Positions 38,568 to 49,298 of a stretch of DNA of 64,000 nt are shown here, piece by piece. This stretch comes from Thermoanaerobaculia bacterium (GTDB lineage: Bacteria > Acidobacteriota > Thermoanaerobaculia > Multivoradales > Multivoraceae). The stretch spans positions 2,176,001 through 2,240,000 of the forward strand of contig OY762911.1 of the NCBI GenBank assembly GCA_963666565.1. Reading direction: 5' to 3'. The first letter of the stretch is position 1. Each line of letters begins with the position of its first letter. Below the pieces are notes generated by a model, which was not told the origin of the DNA, searched no databases, and saw only the letters and a list, made by a program, of their open reading frames with translations. Made by a program: the position numbers and the translations under genes.

Positions 38568-39710
38568 ATGTTCAGGCAAGTCGCCCGGTTCGGCCGGGGC
38601 AGCCGCCGCTCGGCGGAGAGCGTTCGGGTGTGGAGGCTGCAGATCGGCTTCCTGCTGCTGCTCGCGGTCACCGCCGTGCAGGTCGTCTGGTGGCTGGTCG
38701 ACCAGTCCCGGATCGCGGACCGGATCGCCGCCGACCGGGTCGCCGAGGTCGAACTGAACCGCGAAGCGGCGGAGTCTTCGCTGCGGGCCGGCCAGTCGCC
38801 CAGGGAACTCCGCGCCCTCTACCCGCACCTGGAGATCGGCGACGGCGAGGCGCGGATCCGCCCGGAAGCCCGCGCGGCGATCGAGCGGGACCGCCGCAGC
38901 CACCTGAACCAGTACCGCTGGGAGGGCGGGTTCTTTCTGGCGGTCATCGCGGGCGGGGTCTTCCTTCTGTCCCGGGTGCTGCGCCGGGAGGCGGACCTCC
39001 TCGCCCGCCAGCAGAACTTCCTCGCCGCCGTGTCGCACGAGTTGCGGAGCCCGCTGGCGAGCCTGCGGCTGACGACGGAGACGTTGCTGCTGCGCGACCT
39101 GGTGGCCGCCGACCGACGTTCCCTCCTGGAGCGCAACCTGGAGGACCTGCGGCGCCTGGAGCGCATGATCGGCAACCTGCTGGAGACGAACCGGCTGGAG
39201 CAGGCGAAGGTCGGGCCGCGCCGCGAATCCGTCGACCTGGAGGACGCGGTGTCTCTCGCCTTCGCGGAACTGGGCCACCGGGCCGAGGGCGGCGGGGACA
39301 TCGACATCGCGGTCCGGGTGGAGGACGGCTTGGGGCTGAGGGCCGATCCGGTGGGCCTGGGCACCGTGCTGCGGAACCTGATCGGCAACGCGATCGAGTC
39401 CGCCCAGGCGGCCGGCACGAGGGTGGAGGTGACGGCCAGGCGACAGGGCTCGGCCGTGGAGCTCGAAGTGCTCGACGACGGCGTCGGCTTCGACCCCGCG
39501 GAGGGCCGCCGCCTGTTCGAGAAGTTCTACCGTCCCGGCAACGAGCTGCGGCGCGACAAGAAGGGCAGCGGCCTCGGGCTCTACCTGGTGCGCAGCTTCG
39601 TGGCGCTCGAGGGCGGCGAGGTGGAGGCGAGCAGCGAGGGCCCCGGCCGCGGCGCGGCGTTCCGCGTGACCTGGCCGGTCCGCGAGCGGGCCGCGGGATC
39701 GGCGTCGTGA
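38568..39710 (+). CDS. Sensor histidine kinase
   Basis: Two TM segments, 'VSHELRSPL', 'NLIGNA', 'DDGVG', 'GSGLGL'. Confidence 0.9.
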   Translation: MFRQVARFGRGSRRSAESVRVWRLQIGFLLLLAVTAVQVVWWLVDQSRIADRIAADRVAEVELNREAAESSLRAGQSPRELRALYPHLEIGDGEARIRPEARAAIERDRRSHLNQYRWEGGFFLAVIAGGVFLLSRVLRREADLLARQQNFLAAVSHELRSPLASLRLTTETLLLRDLVAADRRSLLERNLEDLRRLERMIGNLLETNRLEQAKVGPRRESVDLEDAVSLAFAELGHRAEGGGDIDIAVRVEDGLGLRADPVGLGTVLRNLIGNAIESAQAAGTRVEVTARRQGSAVELEVLDDGVGFDPAEGRRLFEKFYRPGNELRRDKKGSGLGLYLVRSFVALEGGEVEASSEGPGRGAAFRVTWPVRERAAGSAS

Positions 39711-40423
39711 GATCTCCGGCCGAGGAGCGGGCGCGGGTCCTGCTGATCGAGGACGAGGAGAACCTCGCCGCCGGCATCCGCTTCAACCTGGAGGCGGAGG
39801 GACTGGACGTCGACTGGATCGACGACGGCGTGCAGGCGCTGGAGCGGGTCCGGGATCCGCGCTACCAGCTCGTCATTCTCGACGTGATGCTGCCGGGCGT
39901 GGACGGGTTCACGCTGTGCGAGGAGGCGCGCAGGGGCGGCGTCGATACGCCGGTTCTGTTCCTGACCGCCAAGGCGGAGGTCTCCGACCGGATCCGCGGA
40001 CTCCGGGCCGGAGGCGACGACTACCTGGCCAAGCCGTTTCACCTGACGGAGCTCCTGCTGCGGGTTCAGGCGATCCTGCGGCGCCGTTCCTGGCGCCCCG
40101 GCGACGCGCCGGACGCGGTGCGCTTCGGCGGCAACCGTTTCGACTTCGCCGCCTTCGCGGGCGCTTCCTGGGACGGGCGGGCGCAGCAGTTGACGCAGAA
40201 GGAGGCGATGATCCTCAGGACCCTGGCCGAACGGGAGGGCGAGGTCGTCTCGCGCGAGGACATCCTGGACCGCGTCTGGGGCTACGAGGCCTTCCCGTCG
40301 TCCCGGACGGTCGACAACTTCATCCTCCGGCTGCGCAAGCGCTTCGAGCCCGATCCCGAGCGCCCGCGCCACTTCCACACCGTCCGCGGCGTCGGCTACC
40401 GGTTCACCGCCGAACCGGAGTAG
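39707..40423 (+). CDS. OmpR-family response regulator
   Basis: 'LIEDE', 'LDVMLP', 'DDYLAKPF', 'TVRGVGYRF'. GTGA overlap with the kinase. Confidence 0.92.
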   Translation: MRSPAEERARVLLIEDEENLAAGIRFNLEAEGLDVDWIDDGVQALERVRDPRYQLVILDVMLPGVDGFTLCEEARRGGVDTPVLFLTAKAEVSDRIRGLRAGGDDYLAKPFHLTELLLRVQAILRRRSWRPGDAPDAVRFGGNRFDFAAFAGASWDGRAQQLTQKEAMILRTLAEREGEVVSREDILDRVWGYEAFPSSRTVDNFILRLRKRFEPDPERPRHFHTVRGVGYRFTAEPE

Positions 40424-40434
40424 CTGCTTGGGCC

Positions 40435-40613
40435 GCCTGGGGCGGGGTCCGGGAGGAGGGGACCAGCGGACGCTCGCGCCCTCTTGGCGGATGAGGGGGT
40501 TGGGCGCTCGCTTCGGTCGGCTGCGCTCCGTTGCGGTGTCGGTCGATGTGGCGGCTTGGGCAGTCGCTTGCCTTCAGCTCGCTGGTCCCCTCCTCCCGGA
40601 CCCCGCCCCAGGC
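40435..40613. repeat. Long-hairpin element, family 2 (34-bp perfect inverted repeat)
   Basis: 40435-40468 is the exact reverse complement of 40580-40613. Lies between convergent genes. Confidence 0.8.
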
Positions 40614-40695
40614 TGGACGGCTTTGCCGGGCGGTTGAGCGGTGGACCTTGGGTGGAGATCCGGAGTGCTGCGGCAGTTGCTGGAGTGCCTGACGT

Positions 40696-41424
40696 TTACT
40701 GAACTTCGAGAAGTTCGATGTCGAAGATGAGGGCGGCGGCGGGTGGGATGGCGGGCGCCGAGCCTTGGGCGCCGTAGGCGAGTTCGGCGGGGATGAAGAC
40801 CTCCCATTTTGCGCCGGGCTTCATCAACTGCAGCGCTTCGGCCCAGCCCGGGATGACGCTGCCGATCGGGAACGTGGCGGGCTGGTCGCGCTCGTAGGTG
40901 CCGTCGAATCGCGTGCCGTCGATCAGCGTGCCCCGGTAGTGGACCGTCACCGCCTGGTTCGCGGTCGGGCTGTCTCCTTCGCCGGGGCGCACTTCGCGGT
41001 AAAGGAGGCCGGAGTCCGTCTTGACGATGCCCTCTTCCCTGGCCTTCTGGGCGAGGAAGACGGCGCTCTTGGCGGTGTTCTCCATCATTGCCGCCTGTCG
41101 CGCGCGGTCCGCGTGTTCCTGCATCTTCGCGCCGAGTTCGCCGAGCACGGTGTCGATCTCATCGGAGTCCATCGCCTCCGACCCTTCGAGCGAGTCCCTG
41201 AAGCCTCGGAGAAGCAGCTCGGCATCCAGGAGCAGGTCGTCCGGCCCCAGGTTGCTGCCGATGTTCACGCCGAGGGCGTAGGACGCCTTCTCGTCCCAGG
41301 TCTCGGCGACAGGCGTCTCGTCGTCGTTGCCGGCGGCGGCTTCTTCCTGGGCGCAGGCCGGCGCCGCGGCGAGGAGGACGAGGAGGGCGGCGGTCGGGGC
41401 GAGGCAGGTGCGTGGCTCGTTCAT
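40696..41424 (-). CDS. FKBP-type peptidyl-prolyl isomerase (FkpA/Mip-like)
   Basis: Signal peptide, 'KASYALG', 'VHYRGTLIDG..FD', 'VIPGWAEAL', 'LAYG'. Confidence 0.92.
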   Translation of the reverse strand: MNEPRTCLAPTAALLVLLAAAPACAQEEAAAGNDDETPVAETWDEKASYALGVNIGSNLGPDDLLLDAELLLRGFRDSLEGSEAMDSDEIDTVLGELGAKMQEHADRARQAAMMENTAKSAVFLAQKAREEGIVKTDSGLLYREVRPGEGDSPTANQAVTVHYRGTLIDGTRFDGTYERDQPATFPIGSVIPGWAEALQLMKPGAKWEVFIPAELAYGAQGSAPAIPPAAALIFDIELLEVQ

Positions 41425-41595
41425 GGCGCGGATGGTATCCGCAAGCGCCGTCGGTCCTGTCGCGGAGGCGATGGTCGCCGCCGGCGTGGGACGAGGCTCT
41501 CCCTCGTCTCGACCGCGGCCGCGTTCGACCGCGAGACGCGCAGCGACGGCCTCGCCCGTGGCGGGCCGGCGTGACCGCTTCGCTATCCTCGCCTC

Positions 41596-42393
41596 GTGCA
41601 GCCGCTGCAGTTGATCCTCGTGGCGCTGGTGCAGGGGCTGACCGAGTACCTGCCGATCAGTTCGACGGCGCACACGATCCTGCTGCCGCGGCTGCTCGGT
41701 TGGCCGGACCAGGGGCTGGCCGTGGACGTGGCGGCGAACACGGGCACGCTGGCGGCCGTCGTCGCGTACTTCCGCAAGGACTTGGCGGCCTACGCGCGGG
41801 CGTTGCTGCCGGGTGGCGGGGACGGCGGGGACCCGGCCGCGCGGCGGATGATCCCGCTGCTGGCGCTGGCGTCCCTGCCGGTGCTGGTCGCCGGCATCGG
41901 GGCCGCGGACTGGGTGGCCGGCGACGCCCGGACGCCGGGAGTGATCGCCTGGGCGACGATCGGCTTCGGGCTCGCGCTGGGCGCCGCGGACCGCTGGGGA
42001 GCGCACGGCCGCCGGCTCGAGGACGTGACCTGGCGGCATGCCATGGTGTTCGGGCTGGCGCAGGCGACGGCGCTCATTCCGGGGGCGTCCCGGGCGGGCG
42101 TCGCGATCAGCGCCGGCCGGCTGCTGGGCTTCGACCGCGAGTCGTCGGCGCGTTTCGCCTTCCTGCTGGCGGTGCCGGCCGGCGTCTTCGTCGCCGGCAA
42201 GGACGGTCTCGACCTGTTGAGCGGCGCGTTGCCGATCGAGCAACTGCCGTCGCTGCTCCTGGTCGCCGCCCTGTCGGCGGTGGTCGGCTACCTGGTGATC
42301 GGCGCGCTGCTCGGCTGGCTGAGGCGCCGCAGCCTGCAGATCTTCGTCGGCTACCGGCTGGCGCTGGGCGCCGTCCTGCTGGTCCTCTTCTGA
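41596..42393 (+). CDS. uppP: Undecaprenyl-diphosphate phosphatase
   Basis: 'VQGLTEYLPISSTAH', 'ALIPGASRAG'. Confidence 0.92.
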   Translation: MQPLQLILVALVQGLTEYLPISSTAHTILLPRLLGWPDQGLAVDVAANTGTLAAVVAYFRKDLAAYARALLPGGGDGGDPAARRMIPLLALASLPVLVAGIGAADWVAGDARTPGVIAWATIGFGLALGAADRWGAHGRRLEDVTWRHAMVFGLAQATALIPGASRAGVAISAGRLLGFDRESSARFAFLLAVPAGVFVAGKDGLDLLSGALPIEQLPSLLLVAALSAVVGYLVIGALLGWLRRRSLQIFVGYRLALGAVLLVLF

Positions 42394-42397
42394 AGTC

Positions 42398-42542
42398 CGC
42401 TGGGTGCGCGGGTCTTCCGATCCGCCCTCCGGGCGCAGCCGCGAAGCGACGAAGCCCGGACAACAAGACCGCCGGCCGAAGGCCGGCGACGATTCTCCGC
42501 CGCCTCCGGCGGCAGCGGGTCGGAAGACCCGCGCACCCAGCG
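42398..42542. repeat. REPIN/MITE-like element (inverted REP doublet)
   Basis: Terminal inverted REP units. Lies between the convergent uppP and leuB. Confidence 0.85.
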
Positions 42543-43610
42543 TCAGCGCTGGGTGCGTGCGACGATGGCCTCGCCCATCTCCGTCGTCGACGCGGCCGCG
42601 TGTCCGTTGGGCGCGAGGTCGGCGGTGCGGAGGCCGTCGTCCAGCGTCGCCGCCACGGCGGCTTCGACCCTCGCCGCCTCCGCTTCCAGGCCGAGGCTGT
42701 GGCGGAGCAGCATTGCTGCGCTCAGGATTGCGCCGACCGGGTTGGCGATGCCGTGGCCCGCGATGTCGGGCGCCGAGCCGTGGACCGGCTCGTAGAGGCC
42801 CTGGCGGCCGGCGCCGAGAGACGCGGAGGGCAGCATGCCGAGGGAACCGGCGAGGATGGCCGCCTCGTCGCTCAGGATGTCGCCGAACATGTTGCCGGCG
42901 AGGATGACGTCGTAGTCCGCTGGCGAGCGCATCAATTGCATCGCGAAGGCGTCCACGAGGTGGTGGGTGACCTCGACGTCGGGATACGCGCTGGCGACTT
43001 CGGTCACGGAACGCCGCCAGAGCCGCATGGAGGCCAGGACGTTCGCCTTGTCGATCGAGGCGACCTTTCCGCGCCGCCCCTGCGCCGCGCGCAGCGCGAC
43101 CCGGGCGACGCGCTCCACTTCGGCGGTGGAGTAGACGAGCGTGTCGTGCGCCACGTCGCCGTCGCCCTGTTCCTGGCGGGGACCGAAGTAGATGCCGCCG
43201 GTCAGTTCGCGCACGAACAGCAGGTCCACGCCGCGCAGCAGTTCCGGCTTGAGCGGCGCGAATTCCACCAGGGACTCGAACACCGGCACCGGGCGCAGGT
43301 TGGCGAACAGGCCCATCTCGGCCCGCAGGTCGAGCAGCCCCTGTTCGGGCCGGAGTTCCGCGGTCGGGTCGGACCACTTCGGCCCGCCCACGGCGCCGAG
43401 CAGCACCGCGTCGGCCGCCTTGCAGGCGGCCAGAGTGGCGGGCGGCAGGGGATTCCCGAAGTCGTCGATCGCGTTGCCGCCCATCGGGTGGGACTCGAGC
43501 CGGAACTCGTGTCCGCCGAGGGCGGCGACCGCGTTCAGGACGCGGACCGCTTCCGCCGTGACTTCCGGCCCTATGCCGTCGCCAGGGAGGAGGACGATGT
43601 TCGCCTTCAT
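42543..43610 (-). CDS. leuB: 3-isopropylmalate dehydrogenase
   Basis: '[10 protein letters not shown]', '[10 protein letters not shown]', '[11 protein letters not shown]', '[12 protein letters not shown]'. Confidence 0.96.
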   Translation of the reverse strand: MKANIVLLPGDGIGPEVTAEAVRVLNAVAALGGHEFRLESHPMGGNAIDDFGNPLPPATLAACKAADAVLLGAVGGPKWSDPTAELRPEQGLLDLRAEMGLFANLRPVPVFESLVEFAPLKPELLRGVDLLFVRELTGGIYFGPRQEQGDGDVAHDTLVYSTAEVERVARVALRAAQGRRGKVASIDKANVLASMRLWRRSVTEVASAYPDVEVTHHLVDAFAMQLMRSPADYDVILAGNMFGDILSDEAAILAGSLGMLPSASLGAGRQGLYEPVHGSAPDIAGHGIANPVGAILSAAMLLRHSLGLEAEAARVEAAVAATLDDGLRTADLAPNGHAAASTTEMGEAIVARTQR

Positions 43611-43640
43611 GGATCTGACCGCCGGCGGCGCCAACCTTCC

Positions 43641-43833
43641 GCTGGGTGCGCGGGTCTTCCGACCCGCCCGCGGGCGGCGCCGCGAGGCGGTGCGGCCCGG
43701 ACGATAAGGCCGCCGGCCTCCGGCCGGCGACCGCGCCAGGCGCGCCGCCAGCCACGGCGGCGCCGGCCTTGCGGCCGGCAGGAGTTCCTGGCCGGCTGCG
43801 CCGGCAGCGGGTCAGAAGACCCGCGCACCCAGC
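43641..43833. repeat. REPIN/MITE-like element inside the leu operon
   Basis: Inverted REP doublet between leuD and leuB. Confidence 0.85.
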
Positions 43834-43902
43834 AGACGGGCGGTTCCCTGCGCGAGAGCGCTGCGGAAACCGGAGTGTCGGTTTTCATGGGAGTCGGTCC
43901 GC

Positions 43903-44526
43903 TCAGGCCGACCGGGTGTCGAGCCGGGAGGGGTGCGCCGCCTCGAACGCCTCGATCGCCGGCGCCCGGTTCAGCAGGTAGCCGAGCTGGTCCGTGCCGT
44001 CGAGCAGGCAGCGGCGGGCGAAGGGGTCGACCTCGAAGCGTGCCTCGCCGCCGCCGGGCAGGCTGAGGGTCCGCGCTTCCAGGTCGATCGCGACCTCGGC
44101 GGCGGGGTCGGCGGCGACGGCGTCGAACAGCGAGCCGGAGACCTCTTCGCTCACCGGCACGACGAGCAGGCCGTTCTTCAGCGCGTTGCTGCGGAAGATG
44201 TCGGCGAAGGACGTGCTGATGACGGCGCGAAAGCCGTAGCCCACCAGGGCCCAGGGCGCGTGCTCGCGGGAGCTGCCGCAGCCGAAGTTGTCGCCGGCGA
44301 GGAGGATCCTCGCTTCGGCGTGCTCGGCGCGGTTCAGCACGAAGTCGGAGATGGGCTCGCCTTCCGGGTTGCCGTCCCGGTAGCGCCAGCGGGAGAACAG
44401 GCCGGAGGCCAGGCCGCTGCGGTCGGTGACCTTCAGGTAGGACGCCGGGATGATCTGGTCGGTGTCGACGTTCTGGATCGGCAGCGGCGCCATCGTCCCG
44501 GTGTAGCGGGTGAAGCTCTTGCTCAC
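43903..44526 (-). CDS. leuD: 3-isopropylmalate dehydratase small subunit
   Basis: 'NVDTDQIIP', 'NFGCGSSREHAPWAL'. GTG start. Confidence 0.96.
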   Translation of the reverse strand: MSKSFTRYTGTMAPLPIQNVDTDQIIPASYLKVTDRSGLASGLFSRWRYRDGNPEGEPISDFVLNRAEHAEARILLAGDNFGCGSSREHAPWALVGYGFRAVISTSFADIFRSNALKNGLLVVPVSEEVSGSLFDAVAADPAAEVAIDLEARTLSLPGGGEARFEVDPFARRCLLDGTDQLGYLLNRAPAIEAFEAAHPSRLDTRSA

Positions 44527-44621
44527 GACAGGACCTCCCGCATGTCGGTGACTCGTCCGCCGGGGTTGCCGGAAGGACGCCGCCGCTCGCGGCGGTTGGC
44601 GCGGCGCGGAACGACGCTCAC
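44523..44621 (-). other. 32-aa mini-ORF coupled to the leuC stop and the leuD start, ending in a recoded copy of the LeuC C-terminus
   Basis: GTGA overlaps at both ends. Ends ..GRVTDMREVLS* versus LeuC ..[11 protein letters not shown]. Confidence 0.55.
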
Positions 44622-46054
44622 GACAGCACCTCGCGGACATCGGTCACTCGCCCGGTGATGGCCGATGCCGCCGCCGTCAATGGACTGGCCAGGAAGGTGC
44701 GGCCGCCGGCGCCCTGCCGCCCCTCGAAGTTGCGGTTCGAGGTGCTGACCGCGTACTGGCCGGGCGCCAACTGGTCGCCGTTCATCGCCAGGCACATCGA
44801 GCAGCCGGCCTCGCGCCACTCGGCGCCGGCGTCGACGAAGACCTGGGCGAGCCCGTCGCGTTCGGCCTGCCGCTTGACGGCGTCCGAGCCGGGCACGACG
44901 AGCACCCGCAGCCCGTCGGCCACCTTGCGCCCGCGCAGCACGCTCGCCGCCGCCGCGAGGTCGCTGTAGCGCGAATTCGTGCAGCTTCCGACGAAGACGA
45001 CGTCGATCGGCTTGCCCTGAAGCTGCTGACCGGGTTCGAGGGCCATGTAGTCGAGCGCCTTGCGGAAGGAGGCGCGCTTCTCGGGTTCGACGGCGTCGTC
45101 CGACGGAATCGTCCCCGCGATCGGGATCGCCATGCCGGGGTTCGTGCCGTAGGTAACCATCGGCTCGAGCGCCGAGCCGTCGAGAGTCGCGGTCTTGTCG
45201 TAGCTCGCGCCATCGTCCGTGGGCAGCGACCGCCAGTCGTCGAGCGCGGCTTCCCAGGCGTCGCCGGCGGGCGCCATCGGCCGGCCCTCCAGGTAGGAGA
45301 AGGTGACCTCGTCGGGCGCGATCAGGCCGGCGCGGGCGCCGCCCTCGATCGACATGTTGCAGACCGTCATCCGGCCCTCCATGTCGAGCGCGCGAATCGC
45401 CTCGCCGGTGTACTCGAAGACGTGGCCGGTGCCGCCGCCGATGCCGAGCTTCGCGATCACCGCCAGGATGATGTCCTTCGCGACCACGCCTTCCCGCAGG
45501 CGGCCGTCGACGCGCACCTCGCAGGTCTTCGGGCGGTGCTGCAGCAGGCACTGGGTGGCGAGCACGTGGCCGACCTCGCTGGTGCCGATGCCGAAGGCGA
45601 GCGCCCCGACCGCGCCGTGGGTGCTGGTGTGGCTGTCGCCGCAGACGACGGTCATCCCGGGCTGGGTGGCGCCCAGTTCGGGGCCGATGACGTGGACGAT
45701 CCCGCGCCGTTCGTCGCCCATCGCGTAGAGCGGGATGCCGTAGCGCTCGCAGTTCGCCTGCAGCCGGTCGAGCTGGGCGGAGCCCTCCGGGTCGAGCACG
45801 CGGAGCCGAGCACCGTCGATCGAAGGGTCGGTCGGCGTCGAGTGGTCCATCGTCGCCAGCGTCAGGTCGGGCCGCCGGACGGGGAGCCCCCGTTCGGCCA
45901 GCTCGGTGAAGGCCTGGGGCGACGTCACCTCGTGGACCAGGTGCAGGTCGACGTAGAGGGTCGCCGGCAGGCCCTCGGCCTCCGCAGCGACGCCTTCCGC
46001 GGGGACGACGTGGCGCCGCCAGATCTTCTCGAACAGGGTCCGCGGCCCGGTCAT
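44618..46054 (-). CDS. leuC: 3-isopropylmalate dehydratase large subunit
   Basis: 'HEVTSPQAF', '[11 protein letters not shown]', 'GSCTN', 'CSMCLAMN', '[10 protein letters not shown]'. Confidence 0.96.
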   Translation of the reverse strand: MTGPRTLFEKIWRRHVVPAEGVAAEAEGLPATLYVDLHLVHEVTSPQAFTELAERGLPVRRPDLTLATMDHSTPTDPSIDGARLRVLDPEGSAQLDRLQANCERYGIPLYAMGDERRGIVHVIGPELGATQPGMTVVCGDSHTSTHGAVGALAFGIGTSEVGHVLATQCLLQHRPKTCEVRVDGRLREGVVAKDIILAVIAKLGIGGGTGHVFEYTGEAIRALDMEGRMTVCNMSIEGGARAGLIAPDEVTFSYLEGRPMAPAGDAWEAALDDWRSLPTDDGASYDKTATLDGSALEPMVTYGTNPGMAIPIAGTIPSDDAVEPEKRASFRKALDYMALEPGQQLQGKPIDVVFVGSCTNSRYSDLAAAASVLRGRKVADGLRVLVVPGSDAVKRQAERDGLAQVFVDAGAEWREAGCSMCLAMNGDQLAPGQYAVSTSNRNFEGRQGAGGRTFLASPLTAAASAITGRVTDVREVLS

Positions 46055-47679
46055 GCGTCCACCGGCCGAGGTCTCGAGACCTGGAGCGTGGCGGGGCCGG
46101 CTTCGCCCGCCGTGTACTTGGTGCCGATCGCGGTCAGCATCCGGTTGAGCGCCGCCAGGTACGCCTTGGCGGAGGCGACGATGACGTCCGTGTCGGCGCC
46201 GTAGCCGCCGAAGACGCGGCCCTTGCCGCGGCCGCCGGCCGGACTCTTGATCCGCACCGTGACCTCGCCCATCGCGTCGATGCCCTCGGTGACGCTGTGG
46301 ACGTTGTACTCCAGCAGCGTGTTCTCGGCCTCGACCACGGCGTCGATGGCCCGGAAGGTCGCGTCGACCGGACCGGTGCCGACGCCGGGCGAGACGTACT
46401 CGTGACCGTTCGGCCCGCACAGGCGGGCGGTCGCGGTCGGCATGCCGGGCCGGCCGCAGGAGATCTGCAGTTCGGTCAGGGTGAAGATCTCGGTCGGCGC
46501 CAGGATCTCCTGGTTCGCCAGCGCCTGCAGGTCGGCGTCGGTGATGTCCTTCTTCTGGTCGGCGAGCTGCTTGAAGCGGCGGAACGCCTCGCCGAGTTCC
46601 TCCCGGTTCAGCTCGAAGCCGAGCTCCTCCAGCCGCACGCGCAGCGCGTGCTTGCCGGAGTGCTTGCCGAGCACGAGCTTGCTCTGGGTCAGGCCGACCG
46701 TCTGGGGGGTCATGATCTCGTAGGTGCGCTGGTCCCGGAGCATGCCGTGCTGGTGGATGCCGGCCTCGTGGGCGAAGGCGTTCTCGCCCACGATCGCCTT
46801 GTTCCGCGGCACCGCGATGCCGGTGTAGTGGGCGACGAGGCGGCTGGTCCGCACGAGTTCCGTCGTGTTCAGCCGGGTGCCGACGCCGTAGATCTTCGGC
46901 CTCGTGTGGAGCGCCATGACGACCTCCTCGAGCGAGGTGTTGCCGGCGCGTTCGCCGATGCCGTTGATCGTCACCTCGACCTGCCGCGCGCCGGCCTCGA
47001 TCGCCGCCAGCGTGTTCGCGGTGGCGCAGCCGAGATCGTCGTGGCAGTGGGCGGACCAGACGACGTCCCCGGCGCCTTCGGTGTGCTCCATGAGGTAGCG
47101 GAAGAGGTTGCCGTACTCGACCGGCATGTCGTAACCGACCGTGTCCGGGATGTTCAGCGTCGTGGCGCCCTCCCTGACGGCGAGCGAGAGCGCCTCGACC
47201 AGGAAGTCCGGGTCGGAGCGGCTGCCGTCCTCGGGACTGAACTCGATGTCGTCGCAGAGGGAACGCGCGTGCGCCACCATGTGGCCGACCTGGCTCAGCA
47301 CCTGCTCGCGGGTCATGCCCAGCTTGCGCTCCATGTGCAGGTCGGACGTGGCGATGAAGGTGTGGATGCGGGGCCTGGCCGCGTCCCGCACGCCTTCCCA
47401 TGCCTTGTCGATGTCCTCGCGCCAGCAGCGGGCGAGGCCGGCGATGACCGGCCCGTCGCTCCGGCCGACCTCGCGGGCGATCCGGCGCACTCCCTCCAGG
47501 TCGTCGGGACTGGCGGCGGGAAAGCCCGCCTCCATGACGTCGATGCCGAGGACGGCGAGCTGGCGGGCCACCTCCAGTTTCTCGGCGCTGGTCATCGTCG
47601 CGCCCGGCGACTGCTCGCCGTCGCGCAGCGTGGTGTCGAAGATCCGGACGTAGTCGCCCTTCCGGTCCTGTCCTGGCAT
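46051..47679 (-). CDS. leuA: 2-isopropylmalate synthase
   Basis: '[13 protein letters not shown]', 'HCHDDLG', 'GIGERAGN', 'HEAGIHQHG'. Confidence 0.95.
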   Translation of the reverse strand: MPGQDRKGDYVRIFDTTLRDGEQSPGATMTSAEKLEVARQLAVLGIDVMEAGFPAASPDDLEGVRRIAREVGRSDGPVIAGLARCWREDIDKAWEGVRDAARPRIHTFIATSDLHMERKLGMTREQVLSQVGHMVAHARSLCDDIEFSPEDGSRSDPDFLVEALSLAVREGATTLNIPDTVGYDMPVEYGNLFRYLMEHTEGAGDVVWSAHCHDDLGCATANTLAAIEAGARQVEVTINGIGERAGNTSLEEVVMALHTRPKIYGVGTRLNTTELVRTSRLVAHYTGIAVPRNKAIVGENAFAHEAGIHQHGMLRDQRTYEIMTPQTVGLTQSKLVLGKHSGKHALRVRLEELGFELNREELGEAFRRFKQLADQKKDITDADLQALANQEILAPTEIFTLTELQISCGRPGMPTATARLCGPNGHEYVSPGVGTGPVDATFRAIDAVVEAENTLLEYNVHSVTEGIDAMGEVTVRIKSPAGGRGKGRVFGGYGADTDVIVASAKAYLAALNRMLTAIGTKYTAGEAGPATLQVSRPRPVDA

Positions 47680-47681
47680 CG

Positions 47682-48683
47682 CTACACCTCCTTGGCGTCC
47701 AGGAACGGCATCATCCGGCGCAGTTCCCGGCCGACCTCCTCGATCGGGTGGCTTCGCTCGCGCTGCCTGCGGGGATCGAAGCGCGGGCGGCCGTTCCTGT
47801 TCTCGGCGATCCAGTCGCGGGCGTAGGTCCCGTCCTGGATGTCGCGGAGCACCTTGTCCATCACGGCCCGCACGTCCTCCGTGATCATCTGATCGCCGGC
47901 GTGGTAGCCGCCGTGTTCGGCGGTGTCGGAGACGCTGTACCACATGTAGCCGAGCCCGCCCTCGTACATCAGGTCGACGATGAGCTTCAGCTCGTGCAGG
48001 CATTCGAAGTAGGCGACCTCGGGCTGGTAGCCGGCCGCGACCAGCTTCTCGAAGCCGGCGCGGACCAGGGCGGACGCGCCGCCGCAGAGGACGATCTGCT
48101 CGCCGAACAGGTCGGTCTCCGTCTCCTCGGCGAACGTGGTCTCGATCACGCCGGCGCGGGTGCAGCCGATGCCCTTCGCGTAGGCCAGGGCGTCGGCCAG
48201 GGCGCCGCCGGTGGCGTCGTTCTCGACCGCGACCAGGCCCGGCGTGCCGGCGCCCTCGGCGAACACCTCGCGCACCCGGTGGCCCGGCGCCTTCGGGGCG
48301 ACCAGGGAGACGTCGACTTCCTTCGGCGCGTCGATCTCGCCGTAGCGGACGTTGAACCCGTGGGCGAACATCAGGGTGTCCCCCGGCCCGAGGTTCGGCG
48401 CGATGTCCCGTTCGTAGAGCTCGGCCTGCACCGTGTCGGGCGCGAGGATCATGATCATCCGCGCCCGCGCGGCCGCTTCCGCGTTGCCGAGCACCTCGAG
48501 ACCGTCCGCCTCGGCCCGGCCGGCGCTGCCGCTGCCCTCGCGCAGGCCGACGACGACGTCGACGCCGCTGTCCCGCAGGTTCAGGGCGTGGGCGTGGCCC
48601 TGGCTGCCGTAGCCGATGACGGCCACGGTGCGGCCGTCGAGCCGGGAGAGATCCGCGTCGTCGTCGTAGTAGAGCTTCGCCAT
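47682..48683 (-). CDS. ilvC: Ketol-acid reductoisomerase
   Basis: '[14 protein letters not shown]', 'ETDLFGEQ', 'SVSDTAE'. Confidence 0.96.
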   Translation of the reverse strand: MAKLYYDDDADLSRLDGRTVAVIGYGSQGHAHALNLRDSGVDVVVGLREGSGSAGRAEADGLEVLGNAEAAARARMIMILAPDTVQAELYERDIAPNLGPGDTLMFAHGFNVRYGEIDAPKEVDVSLVAPKAPGHRVREVFAEGAGTPGLVAVENDATGGALADALAYAKGIGCTRAGVIETTFAEETETDLFGEQIVLCGGASALVRAGFEKLVAAGYQPEVAYFECLHELKLIVDLMYEGGLGYMWYSVSDTAEHGGYHAGDQMITEDVRAVMDKVLRDIQDGTYARDWIAENRNGRPRFDPRRQRERSHPIEEVGRELRRMMPFLDAKEV

Positions 48684-48723
48684 CTGGATGGGTTCCTCGC
48701 TGGGTGATTCGGGCCGAGGGCGC

Positions 48724-49269
48724 CTAGAGCACGTTGCTTTGCGCCGCCGCGCGGCCGCGGTTGGGCTTGAAGCCCTCGTCCTTCAGGGTGTGGCCGCCGC
48801 GCCCGAGCGCGATCACGCCGGTGCGCACCATTTCGACGATGCCGAACGGCCGCACGAGTTCGGTGAAGTGCTCGAGTTTCTCTTCCTCGCCGGTGATCTC
48901 GACGACCAGGCTCTCGGCGGAGACGTCGATGATCCGGGCCCGGAAGATGTCGCAGAGCTGGATCACCTCCCGCCGGTTCTCCGAGGAAGCCTTGACCTTG
49001 ACCAGGGCCATTTCCCTCACCACGGAGGGCTGGCTGTGCAGGTGGTCCACGTGGACGACGTCGACCAGCTTGTACAGGTTCTTGACCAGGCGGTCGGCTT
49101 CCGCGCTGTCCGACTCCATGACGATCGTCATCCGGGACATCTCGTCGCGCTGCGTGCGGCCGACGGACAGGCTGTCGATGTTGAAGCTGCGCCGCCGGAA
49201 CAGGTTCGCCACGCGGGCCAGGACCCCGGGACGGTTCTCGACCAGCGTGGCCAGGATGTGCTTCGCCAT
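48724..49269 (-). CDS. ilvN: Acetolactate synthase small subunit
   Basis: '[24 protein letters not shown]', 'VRTG'. Confidence 0.95.
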   Translation of the reverse strand: MAKHILATLVENRPGVLARVANLFRRRSFNIDSLSVGRTQRDEMSRMTIVMESDSAEADRLVKNLYKLVDVVHVDHLHSQPSVVREMALVKVKASSENRREVIQLCDIFRARIIDVSAESLVVEITGEEEKLEHFTELVRPFGIVEMVRTGVIALGRGGHTLKDEGFKPNRGRAAAQSNVL

Positions 49270-49298
49270 GACGGGCTTCCTTCAGCGGCCGGACGACC

